DNA from: Hadesarchaea archaeon
GTDB taxonomy: Archaea > Hadarchaeota > Hadarchaeia > Hadarchaeales > Hadarchaeaceae
Direction: 5' to 3'
DNA: 37,364 nucleotides
NCBI GenBank assembly: GCA_029259175.1
Contig: JAPDJH010000010.1
Span: forward strand, 1 to 37,364
Shown: one piece after another, positions 17,045-26,960 of the stretch
How positions within the stretch are numbered: the stretch's first letter is position 1
Layout of the letters: every line of letters begins with the position of its first letter
Position numbers and translations under genes: made by a program
Notes under the pieces: generated by a model
The model's database searches: none
Seen by the model: only the letters and a program-made list of their open reading frames with translations
Told to the model about the DNA's origin: nothing

Positions 17045-18199
17045 TCACCGCGTGTAGTACTTCGCGTTCTGCGTAAACTGGGGGTTCTCTACGTGGCCGT
17101 TAAACGCTTCCACCTTTATGCGCTCGTTGTCGAGCATTTGGACGAGCAGGGTTGCCATTATGTGTTCCTCCCCCGCCTCGGCTCCGCGGAGCCAGTAGAT
17201 GACCGCCCCGTTTTCGACCGAGATGCTGGCCGGATCCGGTGCGTTCCCTTCCACACTATACACGGTTGCGGGGATATCAAGTGTCGATATGGATTCACCC
17301 CAGTCTCCGGCCACCGCTATCCGGATCTGTGTGGGATCCCACATGTCGTAGACGAACGCTAAGTGGTATGCGGGATTCCACTCTTCGGTGCCCTCCAGAA
17401 ACCAGTTCCCCGATAGCCTGCCAGGAATGTCGAAGTCGGCTTTCCCCCAAAGCGGTTCTGCCTCTCTGCGTTTGCCAGTGAAGGGATCGTACAATTTCTC
17501 CAACAGCCATACTTTGAGATTTTCTTCACAATATGGGATGAAGTGAACCGCATGAGCCGAATCACCATAGCGCTCCGGCCGGATGTAGCTCAGGGTGACA
17601 TTCTCGTCGACCACGCCCCAGTCAATGCCAGCTACAATTCCGAGCCGTCCACCCGTTTTTCCTATGCGATCCCCCGCTTTCACCGGGATCTTCACCCGAT
17701 TGAACTCGTCCGGCTTTAGCTCTCCAGCCCGCTCAACGATCCAGTTATCCAGCTCCATGACGTGATCGATCACGCTACGAAACGTGTTGGTGTGGGCGAT
17801 CGTGATCTTGTAATCGTTGTAGTGCCCCCAGCGTCCGGTCCATTCCGGCCACTCCCGGACGCGCCAGTATATCTCAGTTATGATTCCGTCAGCGGGAGAC
17901 CTTACCTCGTATGGGGGCGGATCGGTTTCCGCATCAACGAAATAGAATCCGCCGTGATCGCTGGGGAAGACGTGTCCCCCACTCGGGTTCAGATTGCCGA
18001 GCGGTTCCACCGCCAGAATCGCGTTCTCTTCCAGCGGACAAACGGTGAAGACCACCGGGCCTTCACCAAGTTCGGGGAGATACTCCTCTTTTCCCCCTTC
18101 CTCCCAGAAATCCTCCAGAACTCCGGATGGTCTCCCTAAAACTATAAGAACCGCGAAAAGCGCTATGACGACCGCTGCCACAGCCACTACTGTGCGCAA
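17045..18199 (-). CDS. membrane-anchored exported protein with peptidase M23-like (hybrid-motif) domain
   Basis: N-terminal hydrophobic anchor, HVFPSDHG, VRSPADGII and VKAGDRIGKTG. Confidence 0.65.
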   Translation of the reverse strand: MRTVVAVAAVVIALFAVLIVLGRPSGVLEDFWEEGGKEEYLPELGEGPVVFTVCPLEENAILAVEPLGNLNPSGGHVFPSDHGGFYFVDAETDPPPYEVRSPADGIITEIYWRVREWPEWTGRWGHYNDYKITIAHTNTFRSVIDHVMELDNWIVERAGELKPDEFNRVKIPVKAGDRIGKTGGRLGIVAGIDWGVVDENVTLSYIRPERYGDSAHAVHFIPYCEENLKVWLLEKLYDPFTGKRREAEPLWGKADFDIPGRLSGNWFLEGTEEWNPAYHLAFVYDMWDPTQIRIAVAGDWGESISTLDIPATVYSVEGNAPDPASISVENGAVIYWLRGAEAGEEHIMATLLVQMLDNERIKVEAFNGHVENPQFTQNAKYYTR

Positions 18200-18837
18200 G
18201 GACTCTCCCTGCCGCGCGCACCCAGCTTGAATTTGTTTTCAAGCTCTGAGATTATTCGCTTCACTTCTTGTTCGAGCTTGGCAGTGTCATCAGTGTCATT
18301 TTTTACAACTAGAACCGGAACTGGCACGTGTTTTGGCAACTCTTCGTGGTCATCTCGTGCGTAGGTCTTTTCCATTTCTTCTCGGGAGACCAGATGGGAG
18401 TCCAGACCCATCTCCCGCTCCCGCTCGACCCTTCGCACATTGCGTTCCCAGCACACATCGAACGGGGCATCGATATAGATAATTACAGAATTTTGAAGCA
18501 CTTCAGGGCTGAACCGCTTGAACGCGCGCCGGTAGTCATTGCGCGAGAACTCAATAAACAACAGCCGGTTCTCGTTTTGGAGTTCGAGTGCCTGTTTGTT
18601 CAAGCCGTCTATCAGCTCGTCCCACACCGTATCGTCGGTGATCTTCACCCCTCCGCCCGGGGCTGGCCGGTGGCGCTTGTATTCTTTGTCCGTGTCAAAG
18701 ATGTGTTTCAGAAGAGGGAAATCGTCTATCCTTTGAATATCTCCCTTGAACCCCCGGGCGCGCATTTCTCGCTCTATGAGTCTGTACACAGCTGATTTGC
18801 CGCATCCCGGCCGCCCAATCAGGAAGATGTTGGGCAT
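18187..18837 (-). CDS. P-loop kinase-like NTPase
   Basis: IFLIGRPGCGKS Walker A and IIYIDAPFDVCWERNVRR lid motif of NMP/small-molecule kinases. Confidence 0.8.
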   Translation of the reverse strand: MPNIFLIGRPGCGKSAVYRLIEREMRARGFKGDIQRIDDFPLLKHIFDTDKEYKRHRPAPGGGVKITDDTVWDELIDGLNKQALELQNENRLLFIEFSRNDYRRAFKRFSPEVLQNSVIIYIDAPFDVCWERNVRRVEREREMGLDSHLVSREEMEKTYARDDHEELPKHVPVPVLVVKNDTDDTAKLEQEVKRIISELENKFKLGARGRESPCAQ

Positions 18838-18848
18838 GAGCTCACGCC

Positions 18849-19880
18849 CTACATCCCGAAGATTTCTCTGATGAAGGCGTTCTCGGCTTCGATGATTTTA
18901 TCCCGATTCAACACCTGATCGGTCGTTTTGATCGCCGTCTCGAGCACGATCAGCTCTGCGCCTTTCCGCTTTACTATTTCGGCATACCGAATCAGGTTTT
19001 CACGCTTGAGCGGACCCAGCTGTTCGTGGAGCGGTGGGTGGAACAATCGCTTTCCCGGCACGTAATCGTTCAGATGCAGTTCCTTGAAGAGTCCGTCCGG
19101 GATCTCCTCCATGATCTGTTCTGGCGGGTCGGGTAGGGGTTTTCCCACATCGGCCCGCGTAAACCAGTGCCCGATATCGAAATTGAAGTAAACGTCCACC
19201 CCCTGATTTCTCACCTCCTCGACCACACTGCACAGTTCCTCCGGTTCGAAAAAGCACCCATCAAACGCCGTGTTGTTTTCGAGTAACAGAGTCACGTTTC
19301 TTTCCTTGGCGTACTCTCCCAACTCCAGCAAAGTCCGAACCAGACTTGATCTTATGAGATCGAAGTACTTCCCTACCGCGTGATAGAAGGGCACGACCCC
19401 TGGGTGCATGTTGCAGTAGATGCATCCGATCTCAGAGGCAAAGTCTATGTACTGTTTCATGAGCTCCGCAGCCGCACGCCTATCGGTCTCGTGTGGGGCG
19501 CATGTGCTCCCCCCAACGTAGGTGTATGGGAGGTGCAACGAAAGCGTTATGCCGGCTTTCTGCGCAGCCTCGCGAGCTCTGCGCTTTTCCTCCGCATCCA
19601 TGGAAAGATACGGATTGGGCACCGCGCCGTCCAGCTCCACGTGGTCGAGCCCGTATCTCTTCGCCGCCGCTATCTGTCCTGGGATGTCCCCCTTCGCTTT
19701 GACCTGGACCAAGGCATCCATATCGGGCACTCCGATTTCCCCAGCCTTTAACCGCTCCAGGTCTTCCTTGCTCAGATAATCACGGTAAAGCAAATTGGTG
19801 AAGTCCCTGCCGAGCTTCATTTGAATACCGAAATCTCTGGTCACAACGCTTTTTAAACTCCACGCAACTTTGTCAATCAC
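18849..19880 (-). CDS. xylose-isomerase-like / AP endonuclease 2 TIM-barrel protein
   Basis: SLHLPY, NMHPG, LLLENN, FDIGHW, ELHLND, HPPL and IVLET metal-binding pattern. Confidence 0.82.
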   Translation of the reverse strand: MIDKVAWSLKSVVTRDFGIQMKLGRDFTNLLYRDYLSKEDLERLKAGEIGVPDMDALVQVKAKGDIPGQIAAAKRYGLDHVELDGAVPNPYLSMDAEEKRRAREAAQKAGITLSLHLPYTYVGGSTCAPHETDRRAAAELMKQYIDFASEIGCIYCNMHPGVVPFYHAVGKYFDLIRSSLVRTLLELGEYAKERNVTLLLENNTAFDGCFFEPEELCSVVEEVRNQGVDVYFNFDIGHWFTRADVGKPLPDPPEQIMEEIPDGLFKELHLNDYVPGKRLFHPPLHEQLGPLKRENLIRYAEIVKRKGAELIVLETAIKTTDQVLNRDKIIEAENAFIREIFGM

Positions 19881-19917
19881 CTATTTATGGTCGGTTCGGC
19901 ATCAATTAGTGGAGAAA

Positions 19918-21105
19918 ATGAAAGTTGCACTGGCGTACAGCGGCGGACTTGATACAAGCGTGGCGGTTCGTCTCCTCCAAGAGCGTTGGAATGCAGAGGT
20001 GATCACGGTCTCCGTGGATGTGGGACAGAACCCGCGTGAGTTGAAGCAAATCGCCGAGAAAGCTGAGAAACTCGGGGCACTCAAGCACGTTCACGTGGAC
20101 GCCAAACGGGAATTTGTCGAACACTATGTGTTTAGAAGCATCAAGGCCAACGGGTCCTACGAGGGCTATCCGCTCTCCACTGCCTTGGCCCGCTATCCCA
20201 TCGCCGCAAAGCTCGTTGAAGTGGCCCGCCGAGAGGGTGCCGATGCCGTTGCCCACGGGTGCACGGGAAAAGGAAACGACCAGTTCCGCTTCGACATAAC
20301 CATTTCCACTCTCGCTCCCGAGCTCCGGATCATCGCCCCCATCCGCGAGCTGAATCTGGACCGCAAAACCGAAATCACGTACGCACGCAAACATGGAATC
20401 CCCGTTCCTGTGAAGCGCAGCAAGCCCTACAGCATCGATGAGAATCTCTGGGGACGCTCCATCGAGGGTGGCCGCTTGGAGAACCCCGCGGCCATTCCGC
20501 CCGAGGAGATCTACGCTTGGACCCTCTCCCCAGAGCGCACCCCTCGCAAGCCGCGAATCATCAAGATCGGCTTCAGGCGGGGGGTTCCTGTATCGCTTGA
20601 CGGCCGCCGAATGAGCGGGGTTAAACTAATCCAAACTCTCAACCGGATTGCTGGAAAGTACGGCGTCGGAAGAATCGAGCTGATCGAGGACCGAATCCTC
20701 GGCCTGAAGGCCCGCGAGAACTACGAGGCCCCCGCCGCTACGGTCCTGCTTGACGCCCACCGCGGTCTCGAACAGCTGGTCTTGACCAAACAAGAGCTGT
20801 ACTTCAAACAGCTCATCGACACCACGTGGGCTGATCTCGTTTACAGCGGTCTCTGGTTCGACCCCCTTCGCTCTGATCTTGACGCTTTCATTGACGCTAC
20901 CCAAGAACGCGTGACGGGAGAGGTGCTTGTGGAACTCAACCGTGGGAGGTGTCGAGTTGTGGGCCGCTCTTCCCCTCACTCCCTTTACGATGAGGAGCTT
21001 GTTTCCTTCGACAAGTACGGATTCGATCAGCGTGATTCGGAGCGCGTCATCCGGTTCCAGACCATGAGAGCTCGAATCCTGAGCAAGCGGTGGTCGAGAA
21101 CATGA
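19918..21105 (+). CDS. argG: argininosuccinate synthase
   Basis: LAYSGGLDTS, AHGCTGKGNDQFRF and YSIDENLWGRSIEGG. Confidence 0.97.
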   Translation: MKVALAYSGGLDTSVAVRLLQERWNAEVITVSVDVGQNPRELKQIAEKAEKLGALKHVHVDAKREFVEHYVFRSIKANGSYEGYPLSTALARYPIAAKLVEVARREGADAVAHGCTGKGNDQFRFDITISTLAPELRIIAPIRELNLDRKTEITYARKHGIPVPVKRSKPYSIDENLWGRSIEGGRLENPAAIPPEEIYAWTLSPERTPRKPRIIKIGFRRGVPVSLDGRRMSGVKLIQTLNRIAGKYGVGRIELIEDRILGLKARENYEAPAATVLLDAHRGLEQLVLTKQELYFKQLIDTTWADLVYSGLWFDPLRSDLDAFIDATQERVTGEVLVELNRGRCRVVGRSSPHSLYDEELVSFDKYGFDQRDSERVIRFQTMRARILSKRWSRT

Positions 21106-22583
21106 TTTTGCGGGAGAGGCGTTTTGAAAAACAAATGGATCCGAGGGCTGCCCGCTTCATCTCTTCTCTGGAGGCAGACCTGCGAATCTATAAAGAGACG
21201 GTTCTAGTCAACATGGCTCACGTGCTGATGCTCTACCGCTGCCGGCTGCTGAAGAGACGCGAAGCAGCCACTTTGTTGTCGGCTCTTCGCAAACTGTATC
21301 GCAAGGATCCGCGACGACTTGCCCTGCGCCCAGAGCTGGAAGACATCCACGTGTTGATAGAGGAAGAAATCATCAAAGCCGCCGGTCCGGATTTGGGAGG
21401 CAAACTGCATACTGCCAAGAGCCGAAACGACCAGGTGGTGGCCGCCATCCGGATGCGCGCCAAGCGAGACGTGCTCCAAGCCGAGCGCGCTGTGCTTCAG
21501 CTCGTGTTTTCGCTCGTCAACAAAGCGGCTGAACACCTCACAACCCTGATGCCCGGGTACACCCATCTCCAAGTGGCCGAACCAACCACCTTTGCCCATT
21601 ACCTGGGAGCATACGCTCAAGCCTTTCTCCGCGATGCCATCCGTCTGGAGAACACCTATCATATGCTGGACTCTAGTCCCATGGGCGCGTGCGCTCTTTC
21701 CGGTACGAGCTTCCCCATCAATCGCAAAATGGTTGCAGATTTGTTGGGATTCGTCCGGGTGGACACGAACACCATGGACGCAGTAGGATCACGCGACTGG
21801 CTGATCGAGCCCATGAGCGCCCTTGCCATTACAATGGTGGATCTCAGCAGGCTGGCAGAGGATTTCATACTGATGAGTTCCGGAGAGTTCGGCTTTCTGG
21901 ATCTGCCCGAGGAACTTAGCTCGACCAGCAGCATAATGCCTCAGAAGAAAAACCAAGTAGTCGCCGAGCTCGTGCGCTCCAAAGCCGCGCTAGTAATTGG
22001 AAACCTCACAGCCGCTCTTTCTTTAGTTAGAGGTGTTCCACAGTCCTACAACTTAGACTTTCAGGATCTCACACCTCTGCTGTGGTCCTCCGTGGACGCA
22101 ACCGAACAGTCGCTTGTTCTCATGGCGGAACTGGTGCGAAAGGTCAAACCAAATGAAAAGCGCATGCGAGCTGCGATCGATCGCGGATTCGCAATCGCCA
22201 CCGAGCTTGCCAATGTGCTGGCGAGAAAACACGGAGTCCCCTTCCGCAAGGCCTATCAGGTCGTCGCTTATCTCACCCGGAAGGCGTTGGAGAGTGGAAA
22301 GACCATTCACCAGATTTCCCTGCTGGATCTCAAGCGTGCTGCCGAGGAAGTGCTCCAGAAACCGATCCCGATTAGCCAGCAGGAGTTTAACGTGGCTGTA
22401 GATCCTCTTAAAACCGTGCAAAACCGAAGAGTGCCCGGTGGGCCGTCTCCTCCGTCGATGCGTTCTCAATTGGCCGAACTCCGAGCCCGCGCGAAAAAAC
22501 ACGAACGCTTCATCGCAACAGCTGAAAAAGCACAGGAGCGGACAGAACAGCGATTACTGAATCAAGTAAGGAGGCTGACCTGA
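21102..22583 (+). CDS. argH: argininosuccinate lyase
   Basis: HTAKSRNDQV, MPGYTHLQ and STSSIMPQKKN. Confidence 0.97.
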   Translation: MILRERRFEKQMDPRAARFISSLEADLRIYKETVLVNMAHVLMLYRCRLLKRREAATLLSALRKLYRKDPRRLALRPELEDIHVLIEEEIIKAAGPDLGGKLHTAKSRNDQVVAAIRMRAKRDVLQAERAVLQLVFSLVNKAAEHLTTLMPGYTHLQVAEPTTFAHYLGAYAQAFLRDAIRLENTYHMLDSSPMGACALSGTSFPINRKMVADLLGFVRVDTNTMDAVGSRDWLIEPMSALAITMVDLSRLAEDFILMSSGEFGFLDLPEELSSTSSIMPQKKNQVVAELVRSKAALVIGNLTAALSLVRGVPQSYNLDFQDLTPLLWSSVDATEQSLVLMAELVRKVKPNEKRMRAAIDRGFAIATELANVLARKHGVPFRKAYQVVAYLTRKALESGKTIHQISLLDLKRAAEEVLQKPIPISQQEFNVAVDPLKTVQNRRVPGGPSPPSMRSQLAELRARAKKHERFIATAEKAQERTEQRLLNQVRRLT

Positions 22584-23608
22584 TGATTCGTGCGGCAATC
22601 GTTGGAGCATCCGGCTACACGGCGGCGGAACTCATCCGAATTCTGCTCGGTCACCCCGAAGTGGAACTGGCGGGTCTTTACGCTTTTACCAAAGCCGGGC
22701 AGGAACTCACGAGAGTCCACCCGCAGTTCAAAGATCTCCTAGACCGAACACTAGAAAAACCCGATTATGAAATCATCGGAAAAAGCGCTGATATCGTTTT
22801 TTTTGCGACTCCGCATAAAGTCGCCATGAATCACGTTCCAACTGTTCTCCGTGGCAAAGCCCGTGTCATAGATCTGAGCGCCGACTATCGCTTCGATGAT
22901 CCTCGAGTGTACGAGCAGTACTATACCAAGCACGCTAGCCCGGATGTGAAGGCCGTCTATGGCTTGCCTGAACTCTACCGGGAGCAAATAAAACAAGCGC
23001 GAGTGGTGGCCAATCCCGGGTGTTATCCAACGGCTGTGATTCTCTCGCTCGCTCCGCTGATCAAGCACGATTTGATCGAACTCGACCACGTGGTTGTGGA
23101 TGCCAAAAGCGGGACGTCTGGCGCCGGAGCGTCCCCCTCTGAGCGCACCCACCACCCGCTCGCGGGAACCAATATCGCCCCTTATGCCGCTATTTCTCAC
23201 CGCCACCGGCCCGAGATGGAGCAGGAGCTAAGCAAACTTGCCGGCCGCCGAGTCGTGGTTCACTTTACCCCTCACCTCATCCCTGCGGTGAGAGGTATTC
23301 TTTCCACCGCTCACGTTTTCCTGAAAAAGGCGAAAACACAAGCCGAGCTATTGGACCTTTATCGGGAGTTCTATTCCCGGGAGCCCTTTGTGCGAATAAG
23401 AGATGAACTTCCGCAAACCAATCAAGTCCTTGGATCCAATTACTGCGATATTGGGCTGGAAGTCGATTTCGAGAGCGGGCGCGCGGTGGTTGTTGCGGCC
23501 ATAGACAATCTCACCAAGGGGGCTTCAGGTCAGGCGGTTCAGAACATGAACTTGATGTTTGACCTAGACGAGACCACCGGTCTGCACCTGCCGCCTCTGC
23601 GCCCCTGA
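22583..23608 (+). CDS. argC: N-acetyl-gamma-glutamyl-phosphate reductase
   Basis: GASGYT, DLSADYR, VANPGCYPT and IDNLTKGASGQAVQNMN. Confidence 0.96.
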   Translation: MIRAAIVGASGYTAAELIRILLGHPEVELAGLYAFTKAGQELTRVHPQFKDLLDRTLEKPDYEIIGKSADIVFFATPHKVAMNHVPTVLRGKARVIDLSADYRFDDPRVYEQYYTKHASPDVKAVYGLPELYREQIKQARVVANPGCYPTAVILSLAPLIKHDLIELDHVVVDAKSGTSGAGASPSERTHHPLAGTNIAPYAAISHRHRPEMEQELSKLAGRRVVVHFTPHLIPAVRGILSTAHVFLKKAKTQAELLDLYREFYSREPFVRIRDELPQTNQVLGSNYCDIGLEVDFESGRAVVVAAIDNLTKGASGQAVQNMNLMFDLDETTGLHLPPLRP

Positions 23609-23654
23609 GAGCTGCCGACAGATTTAAGCCTCTTCGGTCTTCTCAATTGTTGGT

Positions 23655-24893
23655 GTGGGAGTGATCACTCTCTTCGATGGAGGAATCACCTCGGTCCCTG
23701 GTTTTCGCGCTGCCGGGGTGCGAGCAGGCATAAAGCGACGTGGTCTGGATCTCATGTTGATTCATTCGGTGGATGGCGCAGTCCCAGCTGCCGGCGCTTT
23801 CACCACCAATCGTGTGAAGGGGGCGCCAGTGATTCTCACTCAGCGACATCTCAAGGACGGAAAGTTGGGAGCGATTGTGGCCAACTCGGGCAATGCAAAT
23901 GTGTTCACGGGAAAGCGCGGACTGCGAGACGCTCGGCGCATGGCTAGCCTCACCGCAAAATTGCTTGGATTACGAGTGAGCGATGTCGCTGTGGCCTCAA
24001 CGGGTGTGATAGGACGTTATCTCCCTATGCGAGCAGTTGAGCGCGGAATTCGAATGGCGGTAGAGGAGCTATCCGATTCACGCGAGGCGGGTTTAGATGC
24101 GGCTCGCGCCATAATGACAACCGACACCGTGCCCAAAGAGGTCGCCGTAAAAGTTGAGCTCGCAGACGGAAAGATCGCCACTATAGCCGGAATCGCGAAG
24201 GGCTCTGGAATGGTGAACCCTCAGATGCGCACTGCCACTACTCTGACTTTTTTGACTACGGATGCTGCTATCACCGCTCGAGCGCTCAAACGCGCCCTGT
24301 CGCTGACTGTCGATAAAAGTCTCAACATGCTGAACATCGACAACGAAACCAGTACGAGCGACATGGTGCTCATCATGGCCAACGGACGTGCTCGCAACCG
24401 AAAGATCACTCTACAGAGCTACGACCCCAACTTCCAGGAAGGATTGGAGTGCGTGCTCACTCATCTGGCGTGGACGCTCGCGCAAGACGGAGAGGGCGCC
24501 TCTAAGCTCCTAGAGGTTCACATCAGGGGAGCGAAGACTCGAGACGAGGCGAGGATAGCTGCGAAGACCATTGTGGGATCTAATCTCGTGAAGTCAGCGA
24601 TCTTCGGCCGTGATCCCAACTGGGGCCGGGTGGTTGCGGCTTTGGGGTACTCGGGCGCACGTTTTGATCCGAGACGAGTCCGAGTGGGCATTGCCAGTGA
24701 GCGTGGAAGTGTATTGTTGGTTAAGGGTGAGCGGCCTCCCACCCGACGTCAGCTTCAGAGAGCGCGAGATATCCTTCGAAGCCGAGAGGTCGAAATTCAT
24801 GTAGATCTGGGAGTGGGAAAACAGCAGGCGGTTGCGTGGGGGTGTGATCTCACCTATGATTACGTCCGTATAAACTCCAAGTACACGACATGA
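23655..24893 (+). CDS. argJ: ornithine acetyltransferase / bifunctional ArgJ
   Basis: NSGNAN, STGVIG, IMTTDT, AKGSGM, TSTSD (autocleavage region), DGEGA and DPNWGR. Confidence 0.95.
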   Translation: MGVITLFDGGITSVPGFRAAGVRAGIKRRGLDLMLIHSVDGAVPAAGAFTTNRVKGAPVILTQRHLKDGKLGAIVANSGNANVFTGKRGLRDARRMASLTAKLLGLRVSDVAVASTGVIGRYLPMRAVERGIRMAVEELSDSREAGLDAARAIMTTDTVPKEVAVKVELADGKIATIAGIAKGSGMVNPQMRTATTLTFLTTDAAITARALKRALSLTVDKSLNMLNIDNETSTSDMVLIMANGRARNRKITLQSYDPNFQEGLECVLTHLAWTLAQDGEGASKLLEVHIRGAKTRDEARIAAKTIVGSNLVKSAIFGRDPNWGRVVAALGYSGARFDPRRVRVGIASERGSVLLVKGERPPTRRQLQRARDILRSREVEIHVDLGVGKQQAVAWGCDLTYDYVRINSKYTT

Positions 24894-24933
24894 TTTTTCT
24901 AGAAATCGCATAGATTTCGCGGGCAATGAGAGG

Positions 24934-24954
24934 TTAATATTGTGGAGCCTCACT
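24934..24954 (+). promoter_or_regulatory. TATA-like box plus TGTG-N6-CACT site upstream of the DUF134 gene
   Basis: TTAATA-T-TGTGGAGCCTCACT, matching the TGTG-N6-CACA palindrome at 28937. Confidence 0.4.
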
Positions 24955-24972
24955 AAGTTAGATGGGGAGCAG

Positions 24973-25338
24973 ATGTATCAATGGCGTCGGGGGAGGTACA
25001 GAGGACCGGGCAGACCCATGAAGCCTCGGTGGTTGGGGATTCGGCCTACCCCCCTGACCTTCATGCCTTTCGCCGGTCCCGGTGGCCCGCCCATTCCTGC
25101 CCGTGAGCCTGTTTATATGACGTATGATGAGTACGAGGCTTTTCGTTTGATCTACCACGAGGGGCTGAGTCAGGAGGAGGCAGCGCAGCGCATGCGGGTC
25201 TCGCGGGGCACCGTTTGGAGATGCTTGGAGAGCGCGAGGAACAAGATCGCATGCGCTTTGGTCGAGCGTCGTCCACTGGTTATTGCTCCCACTCCGCCTG
25301 CAGGTGAGAAGAACGAGACTGCGGGTAGCTTACGATAA
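24973..25338 (+). CDS. DUF134 (UPF0251) predicted DNA-binding protein
   Basis: GRP.KPR..., DEYEAFRLIYHEGLSQEEAAQRMRVSRGTVWRCLESARNKIACALV. GGGGAG RBS before ATG 24973. Confidence 0.9.
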   Translation: MYQWRRGRYRGPGRPMKPRWLGIRPTPLTFMPFAGPGGPPIPAREPVYMTYDEYEAFRLIYHEGLSQEEAAQRMRVSRGTVWRCLESARNKIACALVERRPLVIAPTPPAGEKNETAGSLR

Positions 25339-25401
25339 CGAGGCTCTGCCAGGATTTTGAGTGAGGCGTGGAAAATTTTGGGAGCCACACGGTTTCAACG
25401 A

Positions 25402-25863
25402 TTATGTGGCCTCTCCCGAGTTTTCGTGCCTGCCGGTCCTAACGAAGTGTTTGTAGCGTTCGATCCACTTTAACCCGGCTGGATTTTTTTGAACGAATTC
25501 CACAAACTTCCTTAATCGATTCATGGTTCTTCGGGTGACCACGTGCTCAATTCTGCACGCATCGATTTCGGCGGTTCTCCAATCCACGCCCAACAGCCTG
25601 AGGAAATCTATCAATGTTTTATGCCTCGTGCTGACTTCCTCGGCAACCCGGATTCCAGCGGCGGTAAGTGAGATATCTCCATACTTTCTATGCTTTACCA
25701 GCCCTTTTCTCTGCAATTTCCCGAGCATCTCCGTGACGCTAGGGGGGCGATGACCCAGAAAGGTAGCTATGTCCGATGTTCTGACTCGCCCCTTCTCCTT
25801 TGTGATAAAGTATATGGCCTCCACATAATCCTCCACACTCGTGCTGAACTTCTTTCTCATCAT
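25402..25863 (-). CDS. DtxR/MntR-family metal-dependent repressor
   Basis: SVEDYVEAIY, PPSVTEML and AEIDACRIEH. Confidence 0.93.
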   Translation of the reverse strand: MMRKKFSTSVEDYVEAIYFITKEKGRVRTSDIATFLGHRPPSVTEMLGKLQRKGLVKHRKYGDISLTAAGIRVAEEVSTRHKTLIDFLRLLGVDWRTAEIDACRIEHVVTRRTMNRLRKFVEFVQKNPAGLKWIERYKHFVRTGRHENSGEAT

Positions 25864-26123
25864 GGGAATCTCCTCCCGATCGGCTTCACGATTACCTTCC
25901 GCGCCATCCCACGACCCATAGCAATCTGCAGTCCATTGCTTTCCACAACCAGTGGACCGCTAGAGGAGGACACCACGCGCAAATAGCACCCTTCTTTGAT
26001 TCCCCGAAGCGCCAGTTTTTGTCTTAAACCCTGTCCTCCTACGATCTGGATTATGACCCCGCCTTCTCCGGGTTTCAGGTCGCTCAGGAGCATCTTCTCA
26101 CGTTTGATTTGTTCTTCTTTCAT
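25860..26123 (-). CDS. feoA: ferrous iron transport protein A
   Basis: LSDLKPGE...LRQKLALRGIKEG...GPLVV...IAMGRGMARKVIV. Confidence 0.9.
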   Translation of the reverse strand: MKEEQIKREKMLLSDLKPGEGGVIIQIVGGQGLRQKLALRGIKEGCYLRVVSSSSGPLVVESNGLQIAMGRGMARKVIVKPIGRRFP

Positions 26124-26131
26124 AAAAAATG

Positions 26132-26184
26132 TTAGGCGCACCGAAAATTTTAAAAACCATGCTTGCAAAATTAGGCATGCCTAA
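26132..26184. promoter_or_regulatory. two DtxR-type operator boxes in the divergent feoA/feoA promoter
   Basis: Perfect palindrome TTAGGCATGCCTAA (26171-26184) and degenerate TTAGGCGCACCGAA (26132-26145) flank an AT-rich TTTTAAAAA. Confidence 0.75.
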
Positions 26185-26196
26185 AGGTGAAAAACG

Positions 26197-26424
26197 ATGA
26201 GAAAAAAACTGTCGGAATTGAAGCCGGGAGAAAGCGCCCGGATAGTCCAGATCGACCCTTCTGTCAAGAGCAGGATTGCAGGGATGGGTATAAGGGCGGG
26301 TGAAAAGGTGAAGCTGGCTTCCAGACAGCCTTTCCGAGGTCCTTTAGTGGTGGTGGTAAAAGGGAGGGAGACTTCGCTGGGAAAATCGCTTGCCAGTCTG
26401 ATCGTGGTAGAGGTGAAGGAATGA
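26197..26424 (+). CDS. feoA: ferrous iron transport protein A
   Basis: LSELKPGE...RIAGMGIRAGEKV...QPFRGPLVV. Confidence 0.9.
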   Translation: MRKKLSELKPGESARIVQIDPSVKSRIAGMGIRAGEKVKLASRQPFRGPLVVVVKGRETSLGKSLASLIVVEVKE

Positions 26425-26960
26425 AAAAGATTCTGCTAGTGGGCAATCCAAACGTGGGCAAATCCGTTATGTTTAGCAGACTCTCCGGCGCGCGAGTCGT
26501 GGTTTCCAATTATCCCGGCACAACAGTGGATTACACGAAGAGCCGCATGCGAGTGGAAGGAAAGGAATATGAGATAGTGGATCTTCCGGGAACTTTCTCC
26601 CTTGAACCGAAAGACAAGGCCGAAGAGGTCGCATGCAAAATGCTGGAGGAAGCGAAGCCTCACACCGCCGCTGTTATCGATGTGATCGACGCAACAGCGG
26701 TAGAGCGGGGCCTGTATCTGACGCTGGAACTGATTGAGAGGGGTTATCCGGTTGTGGTTGCGCTCAACATGTCCGATGCGGCAAGAGACAGGAAAATCAA
26801 GATAGACGTGAAAAAACTGGAGCGAATATTGGGCGTCCCAGTAGTAGAAACCATCGCGACCACTGGGGCGGGACTCAAAGAACTCGTTTCCAAGATCGGC
26901 AAAGCAAAGCCGACGGATATCGAGGCCGTGAAGAGGAGACTTAGGAGGGAGAAAAAGTGA
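26421..26960 (+). CDS. feoB: FeoB N-terminal GTPase domain (stand-alone)
   Basis: GNPNVGKS, NYPGTTVD, DLPG and LNMSD G-motifs. Confidence 0.92.
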   Translation: MKKILLVGNPNVGKSVMFSRLSGARVVVSNYPGTTVDYTKSRMRVEGKEYEIVDLPGTFSLEPKDKAEEVACKMLEEAKPHTAAVIDVIDATAVERGLYLTLELIERGYPVVVALNMSDAARDRKIKIDVKKLERILGVPVVETIATTGAGLKELVSKIGKAKPTDIEAVKRRLRREKK

